A stretch of DNA of 63,907 bases, counting the filler, from Circinaria calcarea (lineage: Eukaryota): assembly GCA_051942165.1 (NCBI GenBank). It is 9 parts of 9 records of this genome, joined end to end, with 100 filler letters (N's around TTAATTAATTAA, not from the genome) between each part and the next. Parts side by side here need not be neighbours in the genome. Positions count along the whole stretch, not along the records: positions 49,816 to 56,816 come from JAVECS010001435.1; positions 56,917 to 63,907 come from JAVECS010001436.1; 7 more parts are not named here. The stretch is one strand, 5' to 3'. The notes beneath the pieces were generated by a model, which saw only the letters and a list, made by a program, of their open reading frames with translations, did not search any database and had not been told where the DNA came from. Of this stretch, positions 49,816-62,164 are shown piece after piece. The first letter of the stretch is position 1, and each line of letters opens with the position of its first letter. Position numbers and translations under genes: made by a program.

Positions 49816-51838
49816 GTACTGGATCCTTCACAGGCCCATAAGTCCTTCGACCAGACGCTTCCCCTGATTCACTCTCCCTTGAAGATTCCTCACCGTCCAT
49901 GTCTTTCCGCAGCCTTCCAATATCCGCGTCGTTCTGTTCTTTACGTTTTTTCTCGGCCTTTTGCATGAATGGCATCGACGAGAGAGCAGATCGGCCACCC
50001 AAGGTAGTCCAGGCAGATATGTCATCCCCACTGAGTTGGTGTAGCTTATTTTGAAGTCTTTGCGAATAGCCTTTTTCCGCGTCCAAATCCGATGGTTCAT
50101 CCTCATGGCTAGTCTCTGTTCCCGAGTTCATACAGTCATCATCATCGGCATCAATGTCTTTACCCTCAATTCGTCTCCGCAACTCTTCCTCCCGCCTAGC
50201 CATCTCTGTTACTCCACCTCGAGCATCTTCATCCCAAGCCGCTCTTCCACTGTCTTTGACACCTTTGGCCCATTTGCTTTCTCGGTGGCGCGCACCCATC
50301 CTCTCCTCGGCCCTTTGGCGGTCATTGCGTTCCTTCTCATCTTCAGATAGATTGACACCTGCCGCAGTTAATATTCCTTTCTCTTGCTGAGCACCTCGTT
50401 CTCGTTCTCTGCGGTGTACCCGCCTATATGATTTGCTCTTAATTTTCTTTATTCTCCTTGCGCGAATCTCTTCTCTGAAGAGCAATTCTCGAGCTTTGCG
50501 TAACTCTGCTCGCCTGGCTTGTACTTCCTCGATAGGTAGTTTATTTATTGCTAATTCTTCAAATGCTTGTATCTGATCCTCCCCAGATTTACCACCCGTA
50601 GGTGCTAATCCGCTATCTTCCAGTATAGTCTGTATTGTTGATTCGAGACTAGTTACGGGTTTGGATTGTGTCGTGGGAAGAAGTCGTGTAGTAACTTTTG
50701 CGGCAACCGCATCAGGATCTTGTAGCGGAAACGAGATATGTTCTGCCCTCCGGTTGCGTTTCACTGTATCAATCCATCGATTCAGCGTCTCTTTACTCTT
50801 CTCGTAGGCGGCAGCCCGATCTAACCGATCTTGTTGTCTTTTAGCGAGTGGGACCTCAAGCTTTTGCGGTATACCCTTTCCTCTTTTGCTGAGCCTATTA
50901 TCATCCTCAGTCAGGAGTTTTAGTGATTTTCGGAGGCGAGGATCGGTAACAGTCGACATAAGATCCGCGACTGTAAGCTTCTGCCGTGGGTTAAGGCCAA
51001 ATTCAGAAGGTGTGCTAGCTTCTTGAGCATCCCTAAGCAGGCGATGATCGGTAGTATTCCCTCCGTTGTCCATCGACAATACTAAATCCTGGATGGTGGA
51101 GAGCTTCGTCAAATCAGTGGTGTCATCCTCAACGTCCGAGACAGACAGAGTAGAATTCCGACCATCTGTCGATATCTCATCGTCTGTCTGTACTTCATCA
51201 CCTTCGAGACCTGACGGGACCTTTGCTCCGCGCATATCACCCTCCCCATCTTCACTCAAACCGGCGTCAAGCACGGCCGCTAGGTCAATGGCTTCTTCTT
51301 TGAAATCATCGCTCTCCTCATCTAGCTCATAATTTTCGCCCTCGTCCTCGTTAAGATCAATGTCATGTGAGACTGCCTTTCTTCCATGGTTGTCTCGACT
51401 AGAAATCTTAGGAGGGTTTGATGCTGAGCTGCCCCGGAAAGTAAATCCCTCGAATCGATCTTCGTCACTCTCTCCCATAGCCTCATCGCTATCCAAGTCG
51501 CTGTCATCCTCACTGTTTACTTGCCCCAGTATCCACTTGTTTCCTTCGCTATCACTGCCGCCTTCAATTTCATTGCCGAACCGGTCCTTTTGCTCGGTCT
51601 TTGGCCGTTTCGTGTCTGCTCTACCATCGTCATCATCACTGAAGTCTTCCAGTGAACCAGCTCTTTTGCGCTTATCGTTACTTGGGTCGATCTCTCCTAA
51701 GCGATGTTGCCGGATCTTTGTGCGCTCAGGAGCCTGCTGCTCTGCTATAGCAAGTGCATTGAGAGCACGTTTCTTTGCCTTTTTTTTGACCTTTAGCTTT
51801 TTCTGTACACGTGGCGCTGTCGCTTGCCTCCCAGGCAT
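49816..51838 (-). CDS. UTP14: U3 snoRNA-associated protein 14 (SSU processome), 3'-truncated
   Basis: PLAKRQQDRLDRAAAYEKSKETLNRW..VKRNRRAEHISFPL; RRIKKIKSKSYRRVHR; RAEERMGARHRESKWAK; LSSMPFMQKAE. Confidence 0.95.
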
Positions 51839-52086
51839 TGTGAGAAAGATGGTTTCCAATACCACTTATTGCCTGTTAAGACCATACAAGTTCCAGGCAC
51901 GATATCGGATATTATTCTAGGAAAGTGTGTACCGAATGAAATCTTCGCAATGATGCCCCGCCCGGGGTCTGTTAGCGCGAGATTAGCGAACTCCAGATCT
52001 TGGAACAGTTACTTCCTCTCTCCAAAATCTACACCCACCTTTAGTGTGATTTTCCTGTCTAGCCCTCGAAGACAATTTCTCTCACC

Positions 52087-52455
52087 ATGTTTAAACCTAC
52101 GCAGCCTTTGTATCGAAGGATCAGACGTTTAGCATTGACAACAAAACAAGTCAACGGTGGCTACTACAAAGGCACTGGGTCAGGCTCTATGGGACGGCAC
52201 ACCAAGCATGGAGACTATGTCATTGAGTGGCATAAGGTCCGAACATACATTGTCCCTAAAGAACTACAAGATTTCAAGGTAAGATACGATATACTATGAT
52301 GTCGCTGCGGGAGTCTAACTACTTGCGCCCAGCTCACCCCCTTTGTTACTAAGAATATGGAGCCATTGAAAGGATCCTTCGAGGGTGACCCGAAAGGGGC
52401 CCTCAGTGGTGAGCGGTATCTTAGCCGGTGGAAGCGCGAAAATGGCCAGGACTAG
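52087..52455 (+). CDS. MRPL27: Mitochondrial large-subunit ribosomal protein mL41 (MRPL27), 2 exons
   Basis: RRLALTTKQVNGGYYKGTGSGSMGRHTKHGDYVIEWHKVRTYIVP | LTPFVT. Intron at about 52279-52332; stop TAG at 52453-52455. Confidence 0.93.
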
Positions 52456-53183
52456 ATGTTCAGTCGGTCTAATGGAGAACAATACCTCAAATCGCCCTTC
52501 GAGCAAATCTGGGATGAAAGAAACCTCCCAATTCATTTCGCCGCTCGGTAAGAGACTGTTAAGCCGTTCATGATGTCTCCGGAAACTGCAAGGGGGTGTG
52601 GATATGGCAAACCCGCAATAGGCTTTGCGATGCAAACTTACCTAAGGAACGTAAGGAACGATGGATGACGCTGTGGTATCAACTAGTGCAGGGAAGGATC
52701 ACATCTTCCTTTGGTGAGAGGTCTGAATACGCAGGGACAAATCTGGCTTGCAGGCTTTGTACTGTTCTTGAAGTCACCGAGGCCATCGGCAGCAATGCGT
52801 TCGCGATAGCTACTAGCATCTACCGAAGAGGGAATTCATGTGACAAATGAAATTTCAATTCTATGCGATATAGACCTAGAATCTCACCTAACCAGTGTTA
52901 ACATCCCTTACGGGGTTTCGTAGTGATAATGAGCTTTTAGGGCATCAGCATGGATTGTAGATATCTGTCATAAGCGAGAATTTGATATCTAATGCAAGGT
53001 GACATAATTACGCTGACGATGAATTGAGCGATAGATTTCCAGACTTTCTCTTTTCTGATAGGAAATAACTCCGCACTCGTAAAACCAGTCACACTCACTC
53101 CCACTTTATGTTTCTAACAACCTCGTACAGGTGGGAAGCGGAAACTCCCTTTGGATATGCTGCTTAATTAATAGCAGTCCATC

Positions 53184-56100
53184 ATGTTCCAGTCATTCAC
53201 AGGCAGCTCTCGCCGCCCAAGACAAGTCAACCTCTCCGGGCGAAACAATAACCCTTTTGCGGCGACCTCGAGGTCGACACAGCCAACTTTACCGCAGAAT
53301 GCCCATAATGCAGTGGTACACGCTCATCAAGAACGAGTGGCAAGGCAACAGGAGAGAGAGCGTTTACTAGCGGCGAAACATCTACAGAGGGTATGGCGCG
53401 GCCATGTCAGTCGGGTAGAGCTATGGAATGGATATCGACGGACTTGGGATATTCAGGAGGGCATTATCGAGCGGGGGAGCAGCAAAAGCCCCAGCATAGA
53501 GACGAGTAACGAAAAATATTTGACAGAGGAAGAAGCTTTAACTCAATTACGGTTGCTTGTACAATACGCTTCTCCCCTCAACGACGACGATGTGAAAAGA
53601 GTGCAGCGTTTCGGTTCGAGGTTCTGCAGCTTCCTGTCGTCTTCCTCATCAGTAGTGTCGACAAATGATGCATGGACATATCCTTTACTACACCTAGCAA
53701 CTATCAGTGCTGCTATGTTGAGACGAGGTGTAACTATGTCTACTTTACCGGCAACCACGTCTAATAATTTACTTAGCTTGCTTTCTATGGTGGCAACGCT
53801 TATTCCACAGCAAATGGCGCTTCACTCCAGTGATTATTACAGCGCAATAGGTGGAATCCTTAGGTCGCCAGCATCTCACAAACACGATCGCAGGCTTGCT
53901 ATGGAGGCAGTGACATCACTGCTTGTTCCCCGTACGGCCAATTCAGCCGTTGCATACGAGGGTTTTGCAAGTGAGCTCCTTACGGTTCCGAACCTTCAGG
54001 ATTCTCTAGGGAGCTTGGATAACCTAGCGATCAGATTAGATCAGAAGCTTCTGTCTACTGTTCTAAAGACCATGCTGTCAACAAACACCCCTACCAAGCA
54101 ACTAGGCAAGAAACCTCGGGAGGAGATCCTTTGGCTCCTTTCACATTTCATCTATATTTTCCGGGTTCATACCTTAGGTAGCTTCCAGGCGAGTGTTCCT
54201 GATGTGGATTACATTAATGTTGTTGCAAATCTTCTAGCCTATCTGGCTGAAGACATCCGCTCACGGCTTGATATACCAGAAGGTTCTCTAGACTATCCTC
54301 TCCCCGCGTTTGTGCGTTCTGAGATTCTCGCTCTAGTTGATCAGCAAAGCATAACAAGTCTCTTGGCGTATTCAGAGCCTACCGGCAAGCTTCAGGAGCC
54401 AGGACAAAAGGACACAGGCAACATAGCAACACTGGCCAGCTTCGCGTTGACCCTACTTCGGGTCTTCCCAAAAAGAGGAGATGACATTCGTATGTGGTTA
54501 TACTTGGGCTCATCGCCAAGGAAGAAAAGTCTTAATGGTCAATCTGTCAACCGCATCCCTGCAATTAAGTATTTCTGGGAAGCTATCACAAAAACCAGTG
54601 TGTATGGTTCGATACGTCAGCATCCTCGTAATGCCGTGGGATTACTGCGGCGGAGAGATCCATCAGGAGTCATCGAGGATAATGGGTCAGATATGGTTAA
54701 CAAGCAGGAATGGAGGACTGTGTTACTTTTCCTAGAGCTCTATACGTTTGTGCTCAAGGTCACGGATGACGAAGAATTTATGTCTGGATCTAGTATGATT
54801 ACCGGCGAGCAGTCCTGGACCCGGCAGAGCGCCTTAAAGCTCCGGAATGTGAAAGATCTCACAATCTTCTTGAAGCACCTCGCCTTTGCAATGTATTGGA
54901 ACGAGACCGAGATAACTGCATCGGACAAACCGGTAAACACAACCAGTCTCGCCGATTATTTTGGTACGTCGAATGGAGCATCTACGGGTCACCATCCGAC
55001 CGAAAGCTCCACGCGAGCGGAGGAGACCGTGGTTGAGACCCTAGGTGGTACAAGCTTGAGCTACATGAAAGGCATAGTCACAGGACTGCTTAGGATGGTA
55101 TATGAGCGCGAGTATGTTGTCATTACCCAAAGCCCCCAGATTCTAAACTCTAACCGTTGCCTCAACTAGTTCTCGGCGAAGTCTTTTCCCAAAAGACCAC
55201 TGGCTTATGACAAAGTATTTTGACATGGAAGGGTTCATCCCAGCTGTCGTAATGGAGGAAGACTACCGGCATCAGATGGAGGAGGGAGAGGATGCAGACG
55301 ATGACACTGTCACAACCACCTTTGATGACGACCGTCATGAAGAAGATATATTGATAGGCACACATCGCGAGCAGCAAATTCGCCGCATCGAACGCCTAAA
55401 ACGACAGCAACGCAAAACCGCTCGGCGGAAACATCTTGAATCAGTGACCCCGCGCCTCGAGATCCTACAAAATATGCCTTTTTTTATACCTTTTGCTACA
55501 CGTGTTGAGATATTCCGGGAGTTTGTTACAGTAGATCAAATGAGACGACGCAACGGTTACATTGATGCGGATCAGTGGAGATTATCGGTCATGCAGAATT
55601 CTACGGCTTCTGACGGTCGGCGCACAGGGCGGGAAAATCTTAGCAAACATCATGCAAAGGTTCGGAGAGACAATGTCTTTGATGATGCGTTCGCACAGTT
55701 TTATGAGCTCGGTGAGGGTCTAAAGGAACCAATTCAGATTACATTTGTCGACCAGTTCGACACAGTTGAGGCTGGGATTGATGGCGGGGGTGTGACAAAG
55801 GAGTTCCTAACGAGCATAACCAGTGAGGCGTTTAGTCCAACAAGTGGACTGAACCTGTTCATCGAAAACGATCAGCATCTACTCTATCCGAACCCATCGG
55901 CTGTGGACGAACGCAAAGACCTCTTGCGACAGGTTGGTCTTAAAGAAGGCACTACAGAATGGAATGAGCCCATCCGGGATCTCCTCCAAAGATATGAGTT
56001 TCTGGGACGAGTAATTGGGAAATGTCTCTATGAGGGCATTCTGGTGGATATTCACTTTGCTCCGTTTTTCCTGGTCAAGTGGGCCTTGACTGGAGGTATG

Positions 56101-56816
56101 TGGTCTGCAACTAATGAATCTGGTTACCGGGCAAATATAAACGACCTCCGAGATCTCGACGAAGAATTATATCAAGGGCTGGTAAGTCATGAACGGGAAA
56201 ACACATGTGGGCTTGCCAGCTGACTACCGTGATAGCTGAAATTGAAAAATTACCCTGGCAATGTGGAAGACTTCTCCCTGGACTTTACGGTGACAGACAC
56301 AATTTCGACTCCTGTCTACGGGAGTGGCGTGGGAGGCCAGACCAGTCAGCGTACAGTAACACGGGAGTTACGCCCGAGAGGTTCCGAGATTCCTGTCACA
56401 AACGAAAACCGGCTGGTTTACATATCCTACATGGCGAGACATCGTCTTCAGATCCAACCGCACGCACAAACCAATGCCTTCCTCCGCGGTCTCGGCTCCA
56501 TGGTCCAACCATCCTGGCTTTCCATGTTCAACCAGTCCGAACTGCAGACGCTCATCGGCGGAGACTCGTCGGAAATCGATGTGGCCGACCTGCGACGGAA
56601 CACGCTGTACGGCGGTGTCTACGTCATCGGCGACGACGGCCAAGAACACCCCACGGTCCGCATGTTCTGGGAAGTCATGCAGTCCTTTTCTGACGTCGAT
56701 CGCCGTAAAGTGTTGAAGTATGTGACTTCGACGCCCCGGGCGCCATTGCTGGGGTTCGACCAGCTGAACCCGCGCTTCAGCATTCGCGATTCAGGGAGCG
56801 AGCAGACCCGGCTGCC
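53184..56816 (+). CDS. HUL5: IQ-motif HECT E3 ubiquitin ligase (Hul5/UBE3C-like), 3'-truncated
   Basis: MFQSFTGSSRRPRQVNLSG; IQ-like LQRVWRG; PRLEILQNMPFFIPF; EAGIDGGGVTKEFL; FLGRVIGKCLYEGILVD; LKYVTSTPRAPLLGF. Introns at about 55112-55170 and 56182-56235. Confidence 0.93.
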
Positions 56817-56916
56817 NNNNNNNNNNNNNNNNNNNNNNNNNNNNNNNNNNNNNNNNNNNNTTAATTAATTAANNNNNNNNNNNNNNNNNNNNNNNNNNNN
56901 NNNNNNNNNNNNNNNN
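56817..56916. other. Artificial contig spacer
   Basis: 44 N + TTAATTAATTAA + 44 N. Confidence 0.98.
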
Positions 56917-56918
56917 TA

Positions 56919-57347
56919 AACGTCCATTGGCTAAGCAACCCGACGGAGAATGGACAACACAGCTTTCATGTCGATGCACTTTCGCAACATCTCTTACGCG
57001 ACGTGAATGGTTTGAGAGCGCTTCGACGGGCGATAAAGAATATCCTTGACTATGGCATAGATACACGGCTGCGGAAACTCTGTGACGCATTGGATGTTTA
57101 TCGGCAAAAAGTCATCTCAGAAAGAGAAGCAGTAATTACCGAGAAGGAAGCAGTGGCTACTAGAAGGGATCAGAGAAACATGGCTCAACCTGAACCACAG
57201 CCCGAGCGGCGGCGGAGCAGCAGAAAAGCACAGCCGCCATCACGCAAACAACAAGAGAATCAAAGCCGTGATGGCCCGTCAGGTGGAGGAAAGAGGAAAC
57301 GCGGAAGGCCACCAGGGAGACGGGCCGCAAGAAAACTTGCAGGCTAA
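56919..57347 (+). CDS. 3' end of an uncharacterised fungal protein (NVHW...RAIKNILDYG...RL) with a C-terminal AT-hook/NLS-like motif
   Basis: The frame is open from the contig start: NVHWLSNPTENGQHSFHVDALSQHLLRDVNGLRALRRAIKNILDYGIDTRLRKLCDALD...KRKRGRPPGRR. Confidence 0.65.
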   Translation, partial: NVHWLSNPTENGQHSFHVDALSQHLLRDVNGLRALRRAIKNILDYGIDTRLRKLCDALDVYRQKVISEREAVITEKEAVATRRDQRNMAQPEPQPERRRSSRKAQPPSRKQQENQSRDGPSGGGKRKRGRPPGRRAARKLAG

Positions 57348-59583
57348 ACGGCGACCACGGCGCATATAGTCAACAGCGGCAAGAGTTAAATCGGGTCAAT
57401 ATCCCAACTAAGCCTATGCGTTCTTAACGGAACGCCAGCGCTAAACAGTTAGACTAAGGGTCTAGTTTGGGTGGAGTGGAGTGCTTCCTTCGCAGCGTCC
57501 GGGAAAAGGAGTCTGGGCAATCTCGGAGTGCAGTTGAAGCTCAAGGACAGGACGGGTTGGGGAGGGTGGTAGGTTCGAGAATGAGCGTAAAGCGTTGTAA
57601 GTTTTTACGTCAGATGCAGGCGCTAGCCAGTTAGTAACTAAAGGTTCGGAAAGGGGTGAAAGAGCGAAAGAACGAGGCAAATTTAAAGTGGGTAGCGGAG
57701 CGAGATTCTTTGATAATAGAGCATGAGTAAAAGAACATCAAAGGAAGGAAAGAGGTATATCAAGGAGGGGAATGTGAGGGCTTCTTATAGGATTTCCAGT
57801 TAACAACTTTATCAAGAAAATCCCCCTTTTCCCCCTCAAGGGGACGAATCTCAAAGGTAACCGCGCACACGAGTCTACGGCAGACCAGGTCCCCACAGCC
57901 TCGTTATCTCGGGGTTGAGGATACTATCCAGTATCACTATAACCTCAGTCTGGTTATATTCTGACAAGTGGAGGATCTGGTCCCCTCTTCCGTTGCCAGG
58001 AAGGGGAGGTATGTCCGAGTTAATTTCACTATTGGGTAAATTACTTTAGACAGAACCGGACAATTTCAAAAAAGTGCCTTGGAGGAACGGCAGAGCCCTC
58101 GTGTACCTCGTGCTGAAACCTAAATTACATCAGCGCGACACGTTCATTCGCATATCAGACCATGACAGAATGGTGGGCATTCAGAACAATGGTGATATTT
58201 TGCATAGATTACTTTGCTATGTACCAACGAGCCCATTGAATACGCTACATTCCACAGCTAGTATCGAGATAAGTCTCGGGTAATACACTGCTTCGAAAGC
58301 CAGCATAGAACTCCATATGTCAGCTCGTACAGTATTCTCTCCGGGTCCATTAGTCTTTGACTAAAGTTCAATGGCAGGCATCAATATTCGCGCGACCGCA
58401 TCTTCGGTTTCTCGTGCTCCCCAAGCTAACCGTCAAGTGCTTCAAACTCGTAACCGCCGTAATGATGCGAGGATGCATCAACCCAAAAATGTTCTAATCC
58501 ATCCAGTTGACATGACATCGGAGACGCGTACGTATTTAAAAGGTGGATTGACAGGATCGCGCAGATACTGCTCAAGTCAGTCGTCACTCAGAATAAGACT
58601 CGGTGAGGGTGGGGGAAAGTATACCGCTATCAGAAAATTCCAATCCCGAGCTCGATAGACAAGCCCATTGGAAGATCTGGATCGCTGATATCCTCAGTAC
58701 GCTGTGATCCTCAGTACGCTGTGGTTCGAACGGTGTTGGGGAAGGTCCAGGAGCTCGAGCTGTGCCCCAATCAACGTGCTCTTTCTTCTGGGGTATTAGG
58801 TTGATCGGAAGCCTCGTGCTCTCGCGACTGGTCTTGATCGTGTGGAGTAGCCGTTATTTTTCTAGAATCTCCGTTCTGCTCTAATATTAGGTTGTGGTTT
58901 CGATATTGAAAGTCGAGGGCTTTGACCCTACTTCGGTTGTCTCTTTATCCAGGTAGTGTGATTGAGGATCGAAGTTTTTCGTCTTCGCTGCCGAGAGGTG
59001 TTTGCGGTGTGGGGATCTATATTTTCTGGAATATACTACGATGCGTTTGGTTTCTGTCGTTACAGCTGTGCGATCTAAGCCAACTGTATTTCAATAATGC
59101 CTCCAAATACTGTCGTTTAGCTGGTGTGCTAGATGCTACCTCAAGACTATTCGCGAGCCTGATAGGCGGTCCTGGGTTCAATGATGGGGACAGATGCGAT
59201 AACTCGGGGATATTAATCTTATTTGTCAGCTTTGGCGCACTAGATTCTAAGCCAACAGGTACAGTATGAAGCCCTACATCTGAGCGCTTCCGCTTTCTTA
59301 ACGCAATCCTAGATGGCTCGGCACCTCTCTCGACTTGCGAATCGAATTGTGGGCTCGAAAGTGTTACTTGACCGTTGCTCTGTGGAGACGTCTTCGGCGC
59401 AAGGTAGGCCTGAAATTCGCTCGCGTTCTGGTACGTACATACATACCTGATCCAAGTCCGCGACTACAGGCTTTTGTTTGCCAAACCGGCTCCTAGCTTG
59501 CCCGTGGCTCTCCCTGCAGCCCTGAAACTGGGGTCGTCCTCCATGTAGGGTGAGGTTCCAGGTATCCGAAAGTTCCAGGTGTA

Positions 59584-60720
59584 TCATTCTCGTCGTGTTT
59601 GAATAGATGATTGATTAGATTCAGCCGCAGTTGTGGGTGCGGCTTTACGCCGGAACTGGCCTGTTATTTGATCGATACCTCCACTCTGTACCTCAGTGTT
59701 GTTGTCGGTAGGTCCGAAATATCTTGGAGCATCCTTGACGCTAGCATTGGAATCATCCGAAATCTCCCTTGTATCGTCGTCAATATCTTCCCCCCCCGGC
59801 CATTGCCAAACCTTCATTATTACATTGCTGTACACAAGCTCTCGCATGTTCTGGCAAAGCGTTTATGACTGAAGTTTGTTGTCCTGTCCTCGCTGCTGTG
59901 TGGACACACTGCTTAACCAATTCCAATGCTTGCAATGAGAATGTCTTGGGGTTGGCTTCAGGAAAAGTAATGTCATCAGGTCCATTTCTTGGATGAGCCT
60001 GGCCCTTTGCTTTCTGGTTCCATGCTGCAGGCTTCCATTTGTTTTCCAGGAAGATCCAATGGCAACAATTCTTCTCAAACGCTGTGTCTTGCAGATTTGC
60101 AATGCATGCGAGCTTATTTGTCAAGATTTCGCTTGGCACATATGGGAGGTCGACACCGTTCGTAAAGTATGTCAATGATAATCTGGTAGGTACAACTGGT
60201 GGTCCATTGCTCGTTGTCACAGAAGAGTGGATCGGGAGGACCAGACCCCTCGGATGTACTGGAACAACTGTGTTTCAACCCATGGATTCCGAAGAATACT
60301 GCTCACGCTTCAGGCATTCGATCAGCGGGGGCGTATCCGCTGGTCGAGAGAAACATGAAATACCAAGCACGTTTCTCATGCGGTTTCGACGCATGTTGAA
60401 GTGTATTACCCGATGGTAGACTATCTCCCGGCCTAGGCTGCATGCGGATGTGCAAATCCTTTAGACCAGCACGAGGATCAGTTCTATCAGCCTAAAGCAG
60501 AATTTCTCCAGTCCTCTAAATCGACCGAAATCTGATCGGGAAGATCTAAAAAAGCTTTATAGAGCCGACCTTGGGCATCCGTGACGACTTGGTTGCCGCG
60601 AACCAAGTTGGCAAGTGGTCTCGTCCCCCAGTACCTCGATTGGGGCTCAAGCTGCCAGAACGAGTGCGGTAAGTTTGTATCTGACAGCCCTACTTCATTT
60701 GGATGAAAGGAGGTTGTCAT
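59584..60720 (-). pseudogene. Frameshifted, stop-containing pseudogene of an uncharacterised fungal protein (may extend to about 58400)
   Basis: A coherent protein-like sequence switches frame repeatedly: LPDQISVDLEDWR / TDPRAGLKDLHIRMQ...SGNT / NMRRNRMRNVLG...SMG*NTVVP...CHWIFLENKWKPAAW...LPEH / MRELVYSNVIMKVWQW. Confidence 0.6.
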
Positions 60721-62164
60721 GGCATTCGCTAGAGGAAGTCAGTGTATCTATCAAGCACAATGGCAATGGTATCGGCTAAGATTGAGAGTGCTAACATGCA
60801 TTTCCGTTGGAATGGGCTGTGGTGTCATGTTGCGAAGCCATGAGGTGTCCACCGACCACGAAAGCTTTCGGATGAAGATGAGGTTATCGGCTGCGGTATC
60901 GAAAAGGCTGCCGACAAGACCGGCCGGGAAGCTCGCGATATAGCTCAACTAGAGCATTTGCGGAGAGAAGCTTGCAATAGCGTCTACGCGTTTGAAGAAT
61001 GATACAAAGAAGGTCGGGTAGATGACAACACCAGGTTATAACTGTGGTAAAGAAAACAAGGTCAAGAGACCTGATCGCCAGGTCGGAGACCCTCCAGATC
61101 AGTAATTGACTTACGACACCTCCAACGCCAGTTCGATAGCTTTACTCAAAGCTTTTCGTCTCCGGGTCGGCCGAAGAAAAGAAAAAAGCCAAAATCGGAG
61201 GATCGACGGAGTGAGCAGCAGCAGCAGCAACAGTTCTTCTCGAATCGCGATCGGAACGGTTTTCGGGAAATCCAAAGTCTTCGACTGCGGGGCAACAAGC
61301 AGAGAGAGGTTCACCTACTCGATGGGATCGACAATTGTGGGATCTCAGAACAGATGGATGATTGTTCGTTGGAGAGGTGTACATGAAGATGGAAGTTCGA
61401 AAGCTCGGATCGCATGAGCGTGAGGTGGAAGCTCAAGATGGGTTGCCGAGCATTAACAAGCAGAGGTTTTCGTAGCGGGGGTAGCTCGAACTGCGGTGTA
61501 AGTTGTCTCTGTGTGCAAATAGAAGAAGCTCCTTGAATCGACGGCCGCGTTTATAAACTCGCTGAACACCCCCTGAAAAGCCCTTGGCGCTAATCATGAT
61601 TGATCGTGTACAGTGCACCGTGCAAGAAAACTAGTATCTGAGGGTACATGGATATTATCGTTGCTATATTGAGTAGAAGAAGAATCTTTCGACAACTATA
61701 GTCCTCAGCCCATTGCGAAGGCAGAAATACATGATACAAGCGCTCTGCAATAAGTTCCCGGCTGAGAGCAGCGCCGGCTCAATGAACAATGGCTCTGAAA
61801 TTTAGATTAAAATGTTGAACACTAATGGGTATGCGGTAGCCTGGACTTTTATCTCAATAATGGTGGATATGATATCAAACTCGCAAACAGTAATCCCGGC
61901 CCCTATGGTGAAATCAGAACACACCTCGCAGCGCCAACGCTAAAAGAACATTCCCCTTCCCGGGTTAAGAAAGGGCATGCAAAAGGACAACAAGTAATCC
62001 GCACCCGGTAACAGAACTATTGAGATCAGCTGTCCTAAGATTTTTTTAAAAATCTTTCAGATGACGCGCCGGCCAGTGCGACTGAAACAGTGCTAGCAAA
62101 CGCTGATAATCGCAGAAATGTAAGACATCCCCTTTACCGATTTCCTGCGCCAATTATCCAGGGA

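Noticed and set aside
7033..56916. TTAATTAATTAA recurring about every 7.1 kb as a possible biological periodic repeat
   Set aside because: It is always centred in exactly 44+44 Ns and is a synthetic six-frame stop linker.
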